A stretch of DNA of 64,000 nucleotides from a phage. Where the stretch lies: the sequence record PQ478073.1; one strand, written 5' to 3'. The notes under the pieces were generated by a model, which saw nothing but the letters and a program-made list of their open reading frames with translations, was not told the DNA's origin and searched no databases. This document shows positions 10,239 through 19,303 of the stretch, piece by piece. Each line of letters opens with the position of its first letter. Within the stretch, counting starts at the first letter, position 1. A program made the translations under genes and the position numbers.

Positions 10239-12380
10239 TTATGGTAGGGTTATGTAAGTTACGGGTTGGGCGGCTTTTAATGCTGCACCAGCGGCAGTTG
10301 CTGTTATGATAGGATCTGCAATATCAATTCTATATACGTTGTTTACAACATACACTGCACGAGTTATATACGTTCTCAAATCACCACCATTTTCACCAGC
10401 ACCAGATATAATAATCTCAGTACCAGCAGCTTTTGCATATTGGTTTTCACCCCATGACACACCCAATGCTTCTATATATGTTTGTCCTACTACGGTTTGT
10501 CTAATAGTGTCGTATTTTCCGAAAAAAGAACCACCAACGGTCACAATATATTTTCCACCAGATTGCTTATGTATAATAGTACCTTCTGGGAAATAACGAC
10601 CACCCGGAAAAGTGTCGTAGGGAATATAATATTGTTCAACTACTGGTATCAGTACTGGGCCACGGTGACCTGTACCATCGATTGCAGTTGTAACTTTAAA
10701 GTTATTAGATGATTGGTCTATTCTGTCTACATACATTTTAGAAAAACTATATTTTGAAACATTACAATCATCTTGAACAACACAGTTAGTCCAATTAGTA
10801 TAAGTATATTTAGAGCGAGTATAGATACCACCACCTTCGCCTTCTGTAGAGAGATGTTGACCAATTACATCTAATTCTTTAGTTCTAATATCACTAAATT
10901 TAGATGATGATGGCAAACCACGCCAAAGGATTTTAGAACAAGTGATATTGCTCAATTCTGTATTATTTAACCAATTATCAGAACCGGAAGTATAAACAAG
11001 TATAGAAGACTCAGGAATATAGAGATTAGAAATTTTAAAGTTTCTAGGTGGCCCAGCAAAACGACCAGAAGTTACACCCCAGTTTATTGAAACCATTCTA
11101 TTTGTGATAGAAGGATCATTAAGCAAATGACCAGTCAACCCATCAATAATGAATTCTTTAGAACCATAAGTTATAACACCAGCAGTGGTTAATCCAGTAC
11201 CGACAGAAACTAAAGATGATGGATAAACTTCATTATTAAGTATTTTAAAGTCCATGCCTAATTCAACGTGGATACATTGTCTAACATTATATAGTCTGTT
11301 ATTTTTAATAACAAAGTTTCTGACATATTGTGTATCTGGTGCATCTAAACCATAAGGACCAGAACCAGCAACACCAATACCAATACCCCAGTTTGAAAGT
11401 GGGATTGGAGCGTTAGAACCATCAACGTTTTCAATTATGTTCCCTTCAATAACAAAACCATCAGGATAGTGTGAGTTAATTACGTTTAGTTCAATTGCAT
11501 CACCATATATATCATGTATGTGGTTATATGAATATCTACCAACCTTCATTTTCTCACCAGTACCTTGTTGAAGAACACCATACTTACATTGGGTCATTTC
11601 ATTAAAGCAAAAATCTATTGTACCTGGTTGTGTCATGCCTTGCATTAAAAATGCAGCAGTACTTGTGATGTTTATAAATTTATTAAAATAAAACTTACCA
11701 TCGCCACCGAAGAATTTTAAATAACATCCAGTAAGTGTTGCAAATTGTATTTGGGAATTAATAACGGATACCATAGTACCACCGTTACCAGTAATAGTTC
11801 CCCCAAACCAAGTTACATCTTCCAGATATATTGCCGTTTTGATACGGTAATTACCACCAGCCTGAATTTGTATTTTATTTTCTTTAGCATACGCAGCACA
11901 TAAATTTACAGCAGCAGTGTCATCAGTTTCGCCATCACCTTTAGCACCAAATTCTTCTGGTGTTATATAAAACTGTGCCTGTTGAACTGTACCTCCAGTA
12001 ATAAGTCCGATGAAATCCCCACCATTTTTACTGGATAGAACTTTTTTATTAATGTATAATGATTTTACCCATGTACCATTGCTTTTTGCAAAAATATCAA
12101 CAATACCATCTTCATCAATTTGAAAATACGTATTATTGTTCTTTCCTATATCATCGGTAGGTGGTACAACACCAAATAATGCATTAGGGTTATCTTCAAG
12201 ATATTTTACGTTAACTGCTGAATTAGGATCAGATGAAGTTCCTACCTTCAGTGGTAGGAACTGTTCTCCTAGATAATCTTTTATAGAAACTGAATCATTG
12301 ATAAAATTTATTGAAGCACCTTTTTTCCCCAATATGAATTTGGGCTGCATAGTTCCTTCAAAATTAGAAAATACTGCCAT
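10239..12380 (-). CDS. tailspike, pectate-lyase-fold polysaccharide depolymerase candidate (713 aa)
   Basis: N-terminus MAVFSNFEGTMQPKFILGKKG; hallmark FGAKGDGETDDTAAVN motif of beta-helix pectate-lyase-type tailspikes; GGGAGG SD. Confidence 0.7.
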   Translation of the reverse strand: MAVFSNFEGTMQPKFILGKKGASINFINDSVSIKDYLGEQFLPLKVGTSSDPNSAVNVKYLEDNPNALFGVVPPTDDIGKNNNTYFQIDEDGIVDIFAKSNGTWVKSLYINKKVLSSKNGGDFIGLITGGTVQQAQFYITPEEFGAKGDGETDDTAAVNLCAAYAKENKIQIQAGGNYRIKTAIYLEDVTWFGGTITGNGGTMVSVINSQIQFATLTGCYLKFFGGDGKFYFNKFINITSTAAFLMQGMTQPGTIDFCFNEMTQCKYGVLQQGTGEKMKVGRYSYNHIHDIYGDAIELNVINSHYPDGFVIEGNIIENVDGSNAPIPLSNWGIGIGVAGSGPYGLDAPDTQYVRNFVIKNNRLYNVRQCIHVELGMDFKILNNEVYPSSLVSVGTGLTTAGVITYGSKEFIIDGLTGHLLNDPSITNRMVSINWGVTSGRFAGPPRNFKISNLYIPESSILVYTSGSDNWLNNTELSNITCSKILWRGLPSSSKFSDIRTKELDVIGQHLSTEGEGGGIYTRSKYTYTNWTNCVVQDDCNVSKYSFSKMYVDRIDQSSNNFKVTTAIDGTGHRGPVLIPVVEQYYIPYDTFPGGRYFPEGTIIHKQSGGKYIVTVGGSFFGKYDTIRQTVVGQTYIEALGVSWGENQYAKAAGTEIIISGAGENGGDLRTYITRAVYVVNNVYRIDIADPIITATAAGAALKAAQPVTYITLP

Positions 12381-12394
12381 TATGACATCCTCCC

Positions 12395-13510
12395 TTAAAT
12401 ATTATCTTGAATCGGTTGGATAGGAGCTTGCCATGAAAGAGTACAAATAATTTCCATTTTTCCATAAGGACTGTTGTTAACAGAATCGTTGAATACACAT
12501 GAAATAATTTCATCAACATCGGATGCTGCATGATTAGTTTCATTAACAATAAAACGCATCTGACGATTGATATCAAAGTAGGAAGTTGGTGCAATTACAG
12601 TCCCACCAATATCTTCTTGTGCTTCACCACCAAAACGTACAAACATATCAGTTACAGGAAGAGAATAAGGTTGTATAACGTTTACATCAATATTAGAAAC
12701 TACATATCCAGCAGGACACGTACCAATAACTAATAGTGCGTTAGTCCATGAGCTATCTATAGTATTTCTAATAGAAATTGTATCTTTACCTGGTGCACCT
12801 GGTTCGCCTTGTATACCTTGAATACCTTGCTGACCTTCTTTACCACGGAATAGAATACCATCACTCCACTCTTTTGAAGGAGGGGTAGTTGTAGTTACTT
12901 CATCAACATAATATAGTTTTCCATCAGTGTTGTTATAAAAACAATAATCAACTGGAAGATTTTCAATACTTGGAAATTGATCACCACTGCTATCAATATG
13001 GAAACGACCACGCGGACCTTGTTCACCACGGAAAGGGATACCATCACTCCAAGTGGCAGTTACACTTTGATAGAAATAAATCTTACCATCTTGAGTATTA
13101 TAAAATGTATAGTTATTAAAAAGACCAGTTGTTGGGAAAGTAGTTCCAGCACTATCAATGTGGAACGGCTTACCCGCTTCACCCGTATCACCTTTACCAA
13201 ACTCAACACTAATCCATGTACTTGTCGGATCTTGTGCATCATTTGATTTAAAGTATAGAGTACTGGTATTGTTAGCCAAGCTTAAGTAGCACCACCCAAG
13301 TGGTTCACCAACTTTAAATTGTTCGGAAGGAATTTCAAAACCAATCTCATTAGGATAAAAGTTTTTACCATTCTCGCCATTCTGTCCTACAACAAGACCT
13401 AAATCTTGAATTGTGTTATCTGCATAGGTTACAATTAAATGCCCAGCACCATTAATAACTAGACTTTTGATGCCGGAGTTATTACATGAACCATTAAATG
13501 AAATTGTCAT
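12395..13510 (-). CDS. collagen-repeat tail fibre protein (371 aa from ATG 13510)
   Basis: G-X-Y runs (GEQGPRG; GKEGQQGIQGIQGEPGAPGKD). The track start 13546 has no SD; ATG at 13510 has an AGGGA SD. Confidence 0.6.
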   Translation of the reverse strand: MTISFNGSCNNSGIKSLVINGAGHLIVTYADNTIQDLGLVVGQNGENGKNFYPNEIGFEIPSEQFKVGEPLGWCYLSLANNTSTLYFKSNDAQDPTSTWISVEFGKGDTGEAGKPFHIDSAGTTFPTTGLFNNYTFYNTQDGKIYFYQSVTATWSDGIPFRGEQGPRGRFHIDSSGDQFPSIENLPVDYCFYNNTDGKLYYVDEVTTTTPPSKEWSDGILFRGKEGQQGIQGIQGEPGAPGKDTISIRNTIDSSWTNALLVIGTCPAGYVVSNIDVNVIQPYSLPVTDMFVRFGGEAQEDIGGTVIAPTSYFDINRQMRFIVNETNHAASDVDEIISCVFNDSVNNSPYGKMEIICTLSWQAPIQPIQDNI

Positions 13511-13545
13511 AATATTTCCCTTGTATGAGTTAATGTCATATACCA

Positions 13546-13553
13546 ATATTTAT
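13546..13553 (-). promoter_or_regulatory. candidate late promoter (ATAAATAT) for the fibre operon
   Basis: Minus-strand ATAAATAT 36 nt upstream of ATG 13510, in a divergent intergenic region. Confidence 0.35.
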
Positions 13554-13581
13554 CAGTACAAAATACATTTCGTTATCATTA

Positions 13582-13588
13582 ATAAATA
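13582..13588 (+). promoter_or_regulatory. candidate late promoter (ATAAATA) for plus-strand island
   Basis: ATAAATA 33 nt upstream of ATG 13621. Confidence 0.3.
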
Positions 13589-13620
13589 AATGAAAGTTCA
13601 CTACTAAAAGGGCTTAAACA

Positions 13621-14118
13621 ATGGCATTAAGATCAAAAGACTTTCTCTTCAGAAGAAAAACAAAAGATGGTTCATGGCAAGATTTTCCTGAATCTGATAG
13701 CTGGTATCCAGCTAACTTGGATTATCACTGGAATGAACAAACGTTACCACTCGCAAGTGGTGGCTACTATGGCTGTACTACAGGTTTACATACTATTTCA
13801 TTTACACTACGTAATTTTATTGGTAGAATTTATGTATTAGCTACATTAGCTAGTAATCCTACTGATGATGATTGGTTTCCAATTAAATTCACTGAAAGTT
13901 GTAATTATTATCTTGAATTTACTGATATGGTTATTTTAAATCCAAATGGTGGGGATTTAATTAGACAACAAGGAACTACCGGAACATTTGCTGAAACAGT
14001 AACTGGTAATTTTACTTACCTTAAAGTTGGTATAGACCGTGATTATATTAGTAAGTATCCATCAGATGTCCAAAAAAGTTTAGCTGGGAAGTTAGAACAA
14101 ATTTTAATTAACTACTAA
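13621..14118 (+). CDS. hypothetical protein (165 aa)
   Basis: Track ORF tightly packed with the next two genes; product unknown. Confidence 0.5.
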   Translation: MALRSKDFLFRRKTKDGSWQDFPESDSWYPANLDYHWNEQTLPLASGGYYGCTTGLHTISFTLRNFIGRIYVLATLASNPTDDDWFPIKFTESCNYYLEFTDMVILNPNGGDLIRQQGTTGTFAETVTGNFTYLKVGIDRDYISKYPSDVQKSLAGKLEQILINY

Positions 14119-14127
14119 GGATTAGAA

Positions 14128-14736
14128 ATGAAATTAGAAACAGAACAACCAAAACTATTTGTTAAAGGTCATGTCCTAATTACTGACGTTACTGATCCAT
14201 CAAATCAAAAAATCGTTTTAGATAAATCTAACGCTATTCACCCTGAAAATATGAGTACTGCCATTGCTAATGCGTTAGCATATAATCAAGACAGTACTGG
14301 TATTCCTATTGGTTCTATTAGCGAGATGCGTTTTGGTAATGGTGGTACAGTAGTTTTAAGTACTGGTCGTGTTACTTATAAAAAACCACGTGTTACATCA
14401 TTCGGTGGTTTGTATTCACAAACATATTTGAAAAAAATCAACCCACGAATTACGGCAGGTATTGATTCACAATACAATAATATTACAACTGTACATATAC
14501 CAGGACAGTCCTATACTGATATTGTATGTATTTGTACTCTAGGGTTAGGTGAACCATCCGACCAAGGTGTAAGCTCAGGGACAAGCATGGATGGAACTTA
14601 TGTATTTGATGAATTGGGATTGTACACGGATGGCGATAGTGGTATTCCTTTAACCCATATCATTTTTCACCCAGTTGAGAAAAGTGCAAACCGTGTCTTA
14701 CAAATTAAATACACAGTTCGTGTACAATTACAATAA
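14128..14736 (+). CDS. hypothetical protein (202 aa)
   Basis: Track ORF; tight spacing in a 3-gene plus-strand unit; product unknown. Confidence 0.5.
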   Translation: MKLETEQPKLFVKGHVLITDVTDPSNQKIVLDKSNAIHPENMSTAIANALAYNQDSTGIPIGSISEMRFGNGGTVVLSTGRVTYKKPRVTSFGGLYSQTYLKKINPRITAGIDSQYNNITTVHIPGQSYTDIVCICTLGLGEPSDQGVSSGTSMDGTYVFDELGLYTDGDSGIPLTHIIFHPVEKSANRVLQIKYTVRVQLQ

Positions 14737-14748
14737 TGGGGACATATA

Positions 14749-15849
14749 ATGAGTGTTAATTATACAATTTATAGAAGTAATGGTAGTGTTTATGCTACCA
14801 TTCCAAATAATGTTATTTTAGGACCAAACCAACCCGGAAGTAACCCAGTTCCGTTAAATTTAGTTGGTAGAAATAAAGTAAGTTACGGTCAAGCATGGAA
14901 TGAAAACTTTTTACATTTAGTTGAAAATTTCAGTTCAGCATCTGCACCACGTGGCAACGTCAATGGTCAACTTTGGTATAGAAACACTGGTAGTACTGGT
15001 GAGTTATTGATATCATTAGTTGATAATGCTAGACAACCTGCTGATATGGTAAGTGAAGCTGAATGGGCGTCTATCCCTATGATTACTGTTTTTAACACAG
15101 TACCTGATGGTGAAAATAGTGTTATGGGTCGTATGGTATTAACTAGTAACGGTGATTCTCTTCGTGTGTTAATGAAAAACAAAGAATGGCGTGAAATTCA
15201 AACATCTAGACCAGAAAACAAAGAGTATTCATCATTATTAGATATTAACTATGATAATGGTAAAAAATATATAGAGTTCACACAAAGTAATAGTACTAAA
15301 CCGATTGCGTATTTTAACTTAGGTGGTACTTCACAAGTAGATACAAATAACTGGACAACATTAACTAATGGTACAGGTGTCTTTGAATTTGGTAGCAACT
15401 ATTTCTATGAATTAAAAATTATGATTAGAGAAGTAAATGATTCTTCTGGTGAGATAGTTTCTCTTCCATACAATTCCAAAACCTTTTTTATAAAAGGGCA
15501 ATTTTATGTAGATAATCAAGGAACTTTTGTTCCTGGTTCGGTGGGGGCAAGTCAAATGCCAGACCCACGTAGGATTACACAATTAGAATCCATTAAAGAT
15601 GTTATTACCAGTAGTCGCCCAAACTGGGACGTAAATATTGTTATTAATGGTGTAGATCCATCTATCCCAAATCCTAATGGAACATCTAAAGCTGATTATG
15701 AAAATTGGGTTATCAATTCTCTAAACTCAAATAAAAATTTAGGTTTTCGAGTTGATGGTAGTATTAGTAATCTAACTGCTGGTGAATCCGTTAAACTACA
15801 AGCATCCGTGTTGTTAAATATTACAGGTATTCCGATTATTGGAGTATAA
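14749..15849 (+). CDS. putative structural protein, fibre-like N-terminus (366 aa)
   Basis: N-terminal pattern PLNLVGRNKVSYGQAWNENFLHLVENF...GNVNGQLWY looks like tail-fibre N-terminal attachment domains; this is from memory and weak. Confidence 0.35.
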   Translation: MSVNYTIYRSNGSVYATIPNNVILGPNQPGSNPVPLNLVGRNKVSYGQAWNENFLHLVENFSSASAPRGNVNGQLWYRNTGSTGELLISLVDNARQPADMVSEAEWASIPMITVFNTVPDGENSVMGRMVLTSNGDSLRVLMKNKEWREIQTSRPENKEYSSLLDINYDNGKKYIEFTQSNSTKPIAYFNLGGTSQVDTNNWTTLTNGTGVFEFGSNYFYELKIMIREVNDSSGEIVSLPYNSKTFFIKGQFYVDNQGTFVPGSVGASQMPDPRRITQLESIKDVITSSRPNWDVNIVINGVDPSIPNPNGTSKADYENWVINSLNSNKNLGFRVDGSISNLTAGESVKLQASVLLNITGIPIIGV

Positions 15850-15878
15850 AAAAAAAAGGAGCCACACGGCTCCTTTTT
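15848..15878. terminator. bidirectional intrinsic terminator
   Basis: A10 run, GGAGCC-acac-GGCTCC hairpin (15858-15873), TTTTT run 15874-15878; sits between convergent genes. Confidence 0.8.
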
Positions 15879-15881
15879 GTT

Positions 15882-16346
15882 TTAATATCTATATGGTAAA
15901 CTGTTGACAAACTGTGTACCTTCACGTATACTTTCCCATAGTGAGTAAAAATCTTTCATTAAGTTTGTGTTAAGTAAAGTATTTTTAGCACCAGGGTGTA
16001 ATGGTTTAGGCCAAGAACCAATTCTAACCCAAGCATAACCAGAGCTTTCATGATTTAAAGTTGGTACAAATTCATTCTCAACTACAATAACAAATGAATA
16101 ATATTTAAATTTACCATTTTTTGTACAAAATACATCAAACGGTATAATATCAATAATGTTAGGTATTGAGTTGCCCAACTCTTCTTTAATTTCTCTCATC
16201 AGACCTTGTAGTGGTGTTTCGTTATGTTCAAGCTTTCCACCAACAAATGCCCAGTTGTTAGAATAGGTACTTCTTTCAGAACGCAAGTTTAACATCATAT
16301 GTCCAGTACTTTTTGATAAAAATATAGCACCAACCGCTTCATTCAT
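15882..16346 (-). CDS. NUDIX hydrolase (154 aa)
   Basis: Nudix box GGKLEHNETPLQGLMREIKEELG fits G-x5-E-x7-REUxEExGU; AAGGAGG SD. Confidence 0.85.
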   Translation of the reverse strand: MNEAVGAIFLSKSTGHMMLNLRSERSTYSNNWAFVGGKLEHNETPLQGLMREIKEELGNSIPNIIDIIPFDVFCTKNGKFKYYSFVIVVENEFVPTLNHESSGYAWVRIGSWPKPLHPGAKNTLLNTNLMKDFYSLWESIREGTQFVNSLPYRY

Positions 16347-16359
16347 AACAACACCTCCT

Positions 16360-17703
16360 TTATTTGTCAGTGAAAGTTATTTTCCAATATCCCTGACGAT
16401 ACACAGGCATGATACTTTTATGCCATTTAAATTTGTCATTATATCTATAATAACCATTGTCTTCTTTATTATAAATGTAATTTCGTACAGTAGATGGTTC
16501 AATTAATTGTGCACCGTCATTTGTAATTTTAAACAAATAATTTGATGGGATTTCGGTTTCTTTATAAATGATGTTATGTATACTGTTATTTACATAATAT
16601 TGTTCAGGTAATGCACTTGAAAGTACTGAATCTTTCTGCACAAACCCATGTATAGTGTAATCAACAGTATAATTGGTATTATCAAGCTGTACTATAATTT
16701 TGTTGGCATCTTCATTTTCACCATACGACGCTATATGACCTTTTAGTGGGTTGTCTTCTTCAATAGATTGTTGAAATTTAATCCCTACTTTTTTGTCATC
16801 AAAATTTGGTTCTAGATATTTAAGATATTTTTCCCATGAATATATTCCACCGTTGGGAGAAACCGCAGATAGCGATTGGCTAACCAAGGTAAGTTGGTAT
16901 GTATCAGGTAAATTATACTTGGAATTAGTAATTTCTTCAACTTTAATGCATAAATTCTTGGGTGTAAAAACATCTGTTATTATATCTGAATAATTTCCCA
17001 TTTCAAAATCAAATTCGTCACGAGCACCTTTAATATTTGTAGTAATCTGTTGGATTAATTTTGGTTTTTCAACAATAGCTGGTAAAGAAAACCATATTGT
17101 CGTTTCAAATGTTAAAACCATTATATCCAAATCTGGGTCAGTTCCTTGTGGAAAACCACGAGTAGAAAACTGACAATCTATTAGTTCAACATCACTAAGC
17201 GATGTCCAATCTAACGGGTTATCAGATAATTGAAGTTGTATACTAGGTGCAAACAAAGTTGAGATTTGTTCGAATAATTCCATTTTAGTTTGAGTTTGAG
17301 TTACCCAAATATTCAAATCAAACGTAAAAGTCCAAGGTACTGGGTTATGTCTTACAATTTTGTATTGTGTGTCAAGATCTTTTGTGTACTCATTAATAGC
17401 AGGGGACTTGTTAGACCCCATTACTATAGTTTCGTTGGCATTAGAACGAATATTTTTACGATCCAACTTTAGTTGATTAACACTTATGGTCATTATAGGT
17501 GCTGATGGGAGAACATTTTCACTATTCCCATTTATAATTGCTGCTGCCATTCTTGAAATATCGGCATAGCGACATGGAACCTTTTTGTATTTTGGGTTTC
17601 CATTAGCATCAATACCATTTTGTACTTGAAATTCACCAAAAACTCTGATAAGATGTTTCAGTACTCTGCGAAATTGACCGTCATAATAATAATCTATTTT
17701 CAT
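16360..17703 (-). CDS. hypothetical protein, possibly virion-associated (447 aa)
   Basis: Start codon overlaps the upstream stop (ATGA at 17700-17703), implying translational coupling; product unknown. Confidence 0.5.
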   Translation of the reverse strand: MKIDYYYDGQFRRVLKHLIRVFGEFQVQNGIDANGNPKYKKVPCRYADISRMAAAIINGNSENVLPSAPIMTISVNQLKLDRKNIRSNANETIVMGSNKSPAINEYTKDLDTQYKIVRHNPVPWTFTFDLNIWVTQTQTKMELFEQISTLFAPSIQLQLSDNPLDWTSLSDVELIDCQFSTRGFPQGTDPDLDIMVLTFETTIWFSLPAIVEKPKLIQQITTNIKGARDEFDFEMGNYSDIITDVFTPKNLCIKVEEITNSKYNLPDTYQLTLVSQSLSAVSPNGGIYSWEKYLKYLEPNFDDKKVGIKFQQSIEEDNPLKGHIASYGENEDANKIIVQLDNTNYTVDYTIHGFVQKDSVLSSALPEQYYVNNSIHNIIYKETEIPSNYLFKITNDGAQLIEPSTVRNYIYNKEDNGYYRYNDKFKWHKSIMPVYRQGYWKITFTDK

Positions 17704-19193
17704 TCTGTGTCCTTATGTATGCGATAAACAGTATTAGGTTTAACTGCGTCATGTAATGGAACTTTGTTATCACTATTTACAAACTGTGTAAGTGCTAAGT
17801 CTGCACCTTCCCACGGTTTTCTTCCACCATAATCAAAAATAACCCATGAATTCTTAGTTGCATTGAATTCCCATAACGTAACTGGAGTATAATCGGTGCG
17901 ATAGAAATAGTCACCATCTACTGCATCAGTTGGGAACATATTTCCTTCAGGGACTGTACCTCGTGCTGGTGGAATTTTAGGACGATAATCTTGTTGCGAA
18001 TCAATATTACCATATACACAATTGGACGTGAATGGTTCATTGACATAAGTTACCTTTGGTTCCCCCCACTTGTCATCATTATACTGATAAATGTGTGGTT
18101 CTTTATAAAAAATACAAAAATCTTCCACATCTTCTGGTGGAACATCACTGGTAGTATATTCTACATCACAATTTAACCATTTTTTAGCACTTTTATCATA
18201 TTGATACAACGTATAACCTGTCACATCTGCGTCATTTTCTTTAAAGAAGAAGTCACCATCCATTGGTTTTCTGGGAAAGATGGTTCCACGCTTGACTTCC
18301 ACAAAAATCCATGTATCATTAACAAACTCTTTGAGTACTGGGTATGTTTTTTTCAAAAAATACATTCCATCGGCAGGTTCTTCTGGAAAATCATAACCGT
18401 TAAGCATATATTTTGATAAATCTACTGTATCAGGTCGATCATCATACAAATGTTCATTTGTATAATGAATATAGGGTACTTCATCATCAGCTTGCATGAT
18501 GATACGGTTCATGATATCCATTTCATTGCCATAGTTACTGTTTTCCGACGAACCATCATCGGTATTTCCATTACCATTATTAGGGTCATCTGGATTATCA
18601 GGATAATTATTGTTACCGAGTAAATCGGAGTACTCAGGTGAGTCGGTTAGCGGTTTAACTCTAAGTTTATAAATGTGATGTTGCCACGTAACCGAGTATC
18701 CCTCAGATGTACGAAATGCATCTTGGACGACATAGAAGCGGTTTAGACCTGTATCTTTACCCAATACATCAAAATCACGTAAATTTGGTAGTTCTATCAC
18801 ATCCCCTGGCATGATTTTTCTACCTAAACGCTGCATCATTGTATTATAATGGATTGTGATGTCCATAGTGTTGAAATTAAAGAACAATCCTGGGATTTTC
18901 AAGTCTGGAGTTGCTTCTTGAACTTGATAGACACAACTAAGTGTGATAGCTTCAAGGTTGTAGTTTCTGTTTGGTGTGTCACCAAAAATTAAATCGCCAA
19001 TACTTGACACAACTGATCCTGAAGATGTATAATCACCTCCATAGGATAAGTCAGTGTTGTCAGCAACTTGTTTTGGACCGACATATGCATAAAGCCACAT
19101 GTCAACTCCACCAATGTTGTATTGTTCAGCAATGGCAGAATCAATGAACTTGTAATCATTGGTTCTACCTTTTTTCCACATTCTATATGTCAT
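17700..19193 (-). CDS. hypothetical protein (497 aa from ATG 19193)
   Basis: Track start 19205 is TTG; first ATG at 19193 has a GGAG SD. D/N/P-rich segment in the middle; product unknown. Confidence 0.5.
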   Translation of the reverse strand: MTYRMWKKGRTNDYKFIDSAIAEQYNIGGVDMWLYAYVGPKQVADNTDLSYGGDYTSSGSVVSSIGDLIFGDTPNRNYNLEAITLSCVYQVQEATPDLKIPGLFFNFNTMDITIHYNTMMQRLGRKIMPGDVIELPNLRDFDVLGKDTGLNRFYVVQDAFRTSEGYSVTWQHHIYKLRVKPLTDSPEYSDLLGNNNYPDNPDDPNNGNGNTDDGSSENSNYGNEMDIMNRIIMQADDEVPYIHYTNEHLYDDRPDTVDLSKYMLNGYDFPEEPADGMYFLKKTYPVLKEFVNDTWIFVEVKRGTIFPRKPMDGDFFFKENDADVTGYTLYQYDKSAKKWLNCDVEYTTSDVPPEDVEDFCIFYKEPHIYQYNDDKWGEPKVTYVNEPFTSNCVYGNIDSQQDYRPKIPPARGTVPEGNMFPTDAVDGDYFYRTDYTPVTLWEFNATKNSWVIFDYGGRKPWEGADLALTQFVNSDNKVPLHDAVKPNTVYRIHKDTE

Positions 19194-19235
19194 GATTGTC
19201 TCCAAAATAAATCGGGTATATCTTTATTTACCTTG

Positions 19236-19263
19236 TAGACAAACCGTAAGAATGTGATATAAT
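19236..19263 (+). promoter_or_regulatory. sigma70-type early promoter with extended -10, driving the ClpA-like gene
   Basis: -35 TAGACA (19236-19241), 16-nt spacer, TGaTATAAT (19255-19263); same GACA-N16-TGnTATAAT layout as at 42208 and 46909. Confidence 0.6.
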
Positions 19264-19303
19264 GTTTATTAATTAGAGTGACGTGAATCACATAGGAGAA
19301 TAC

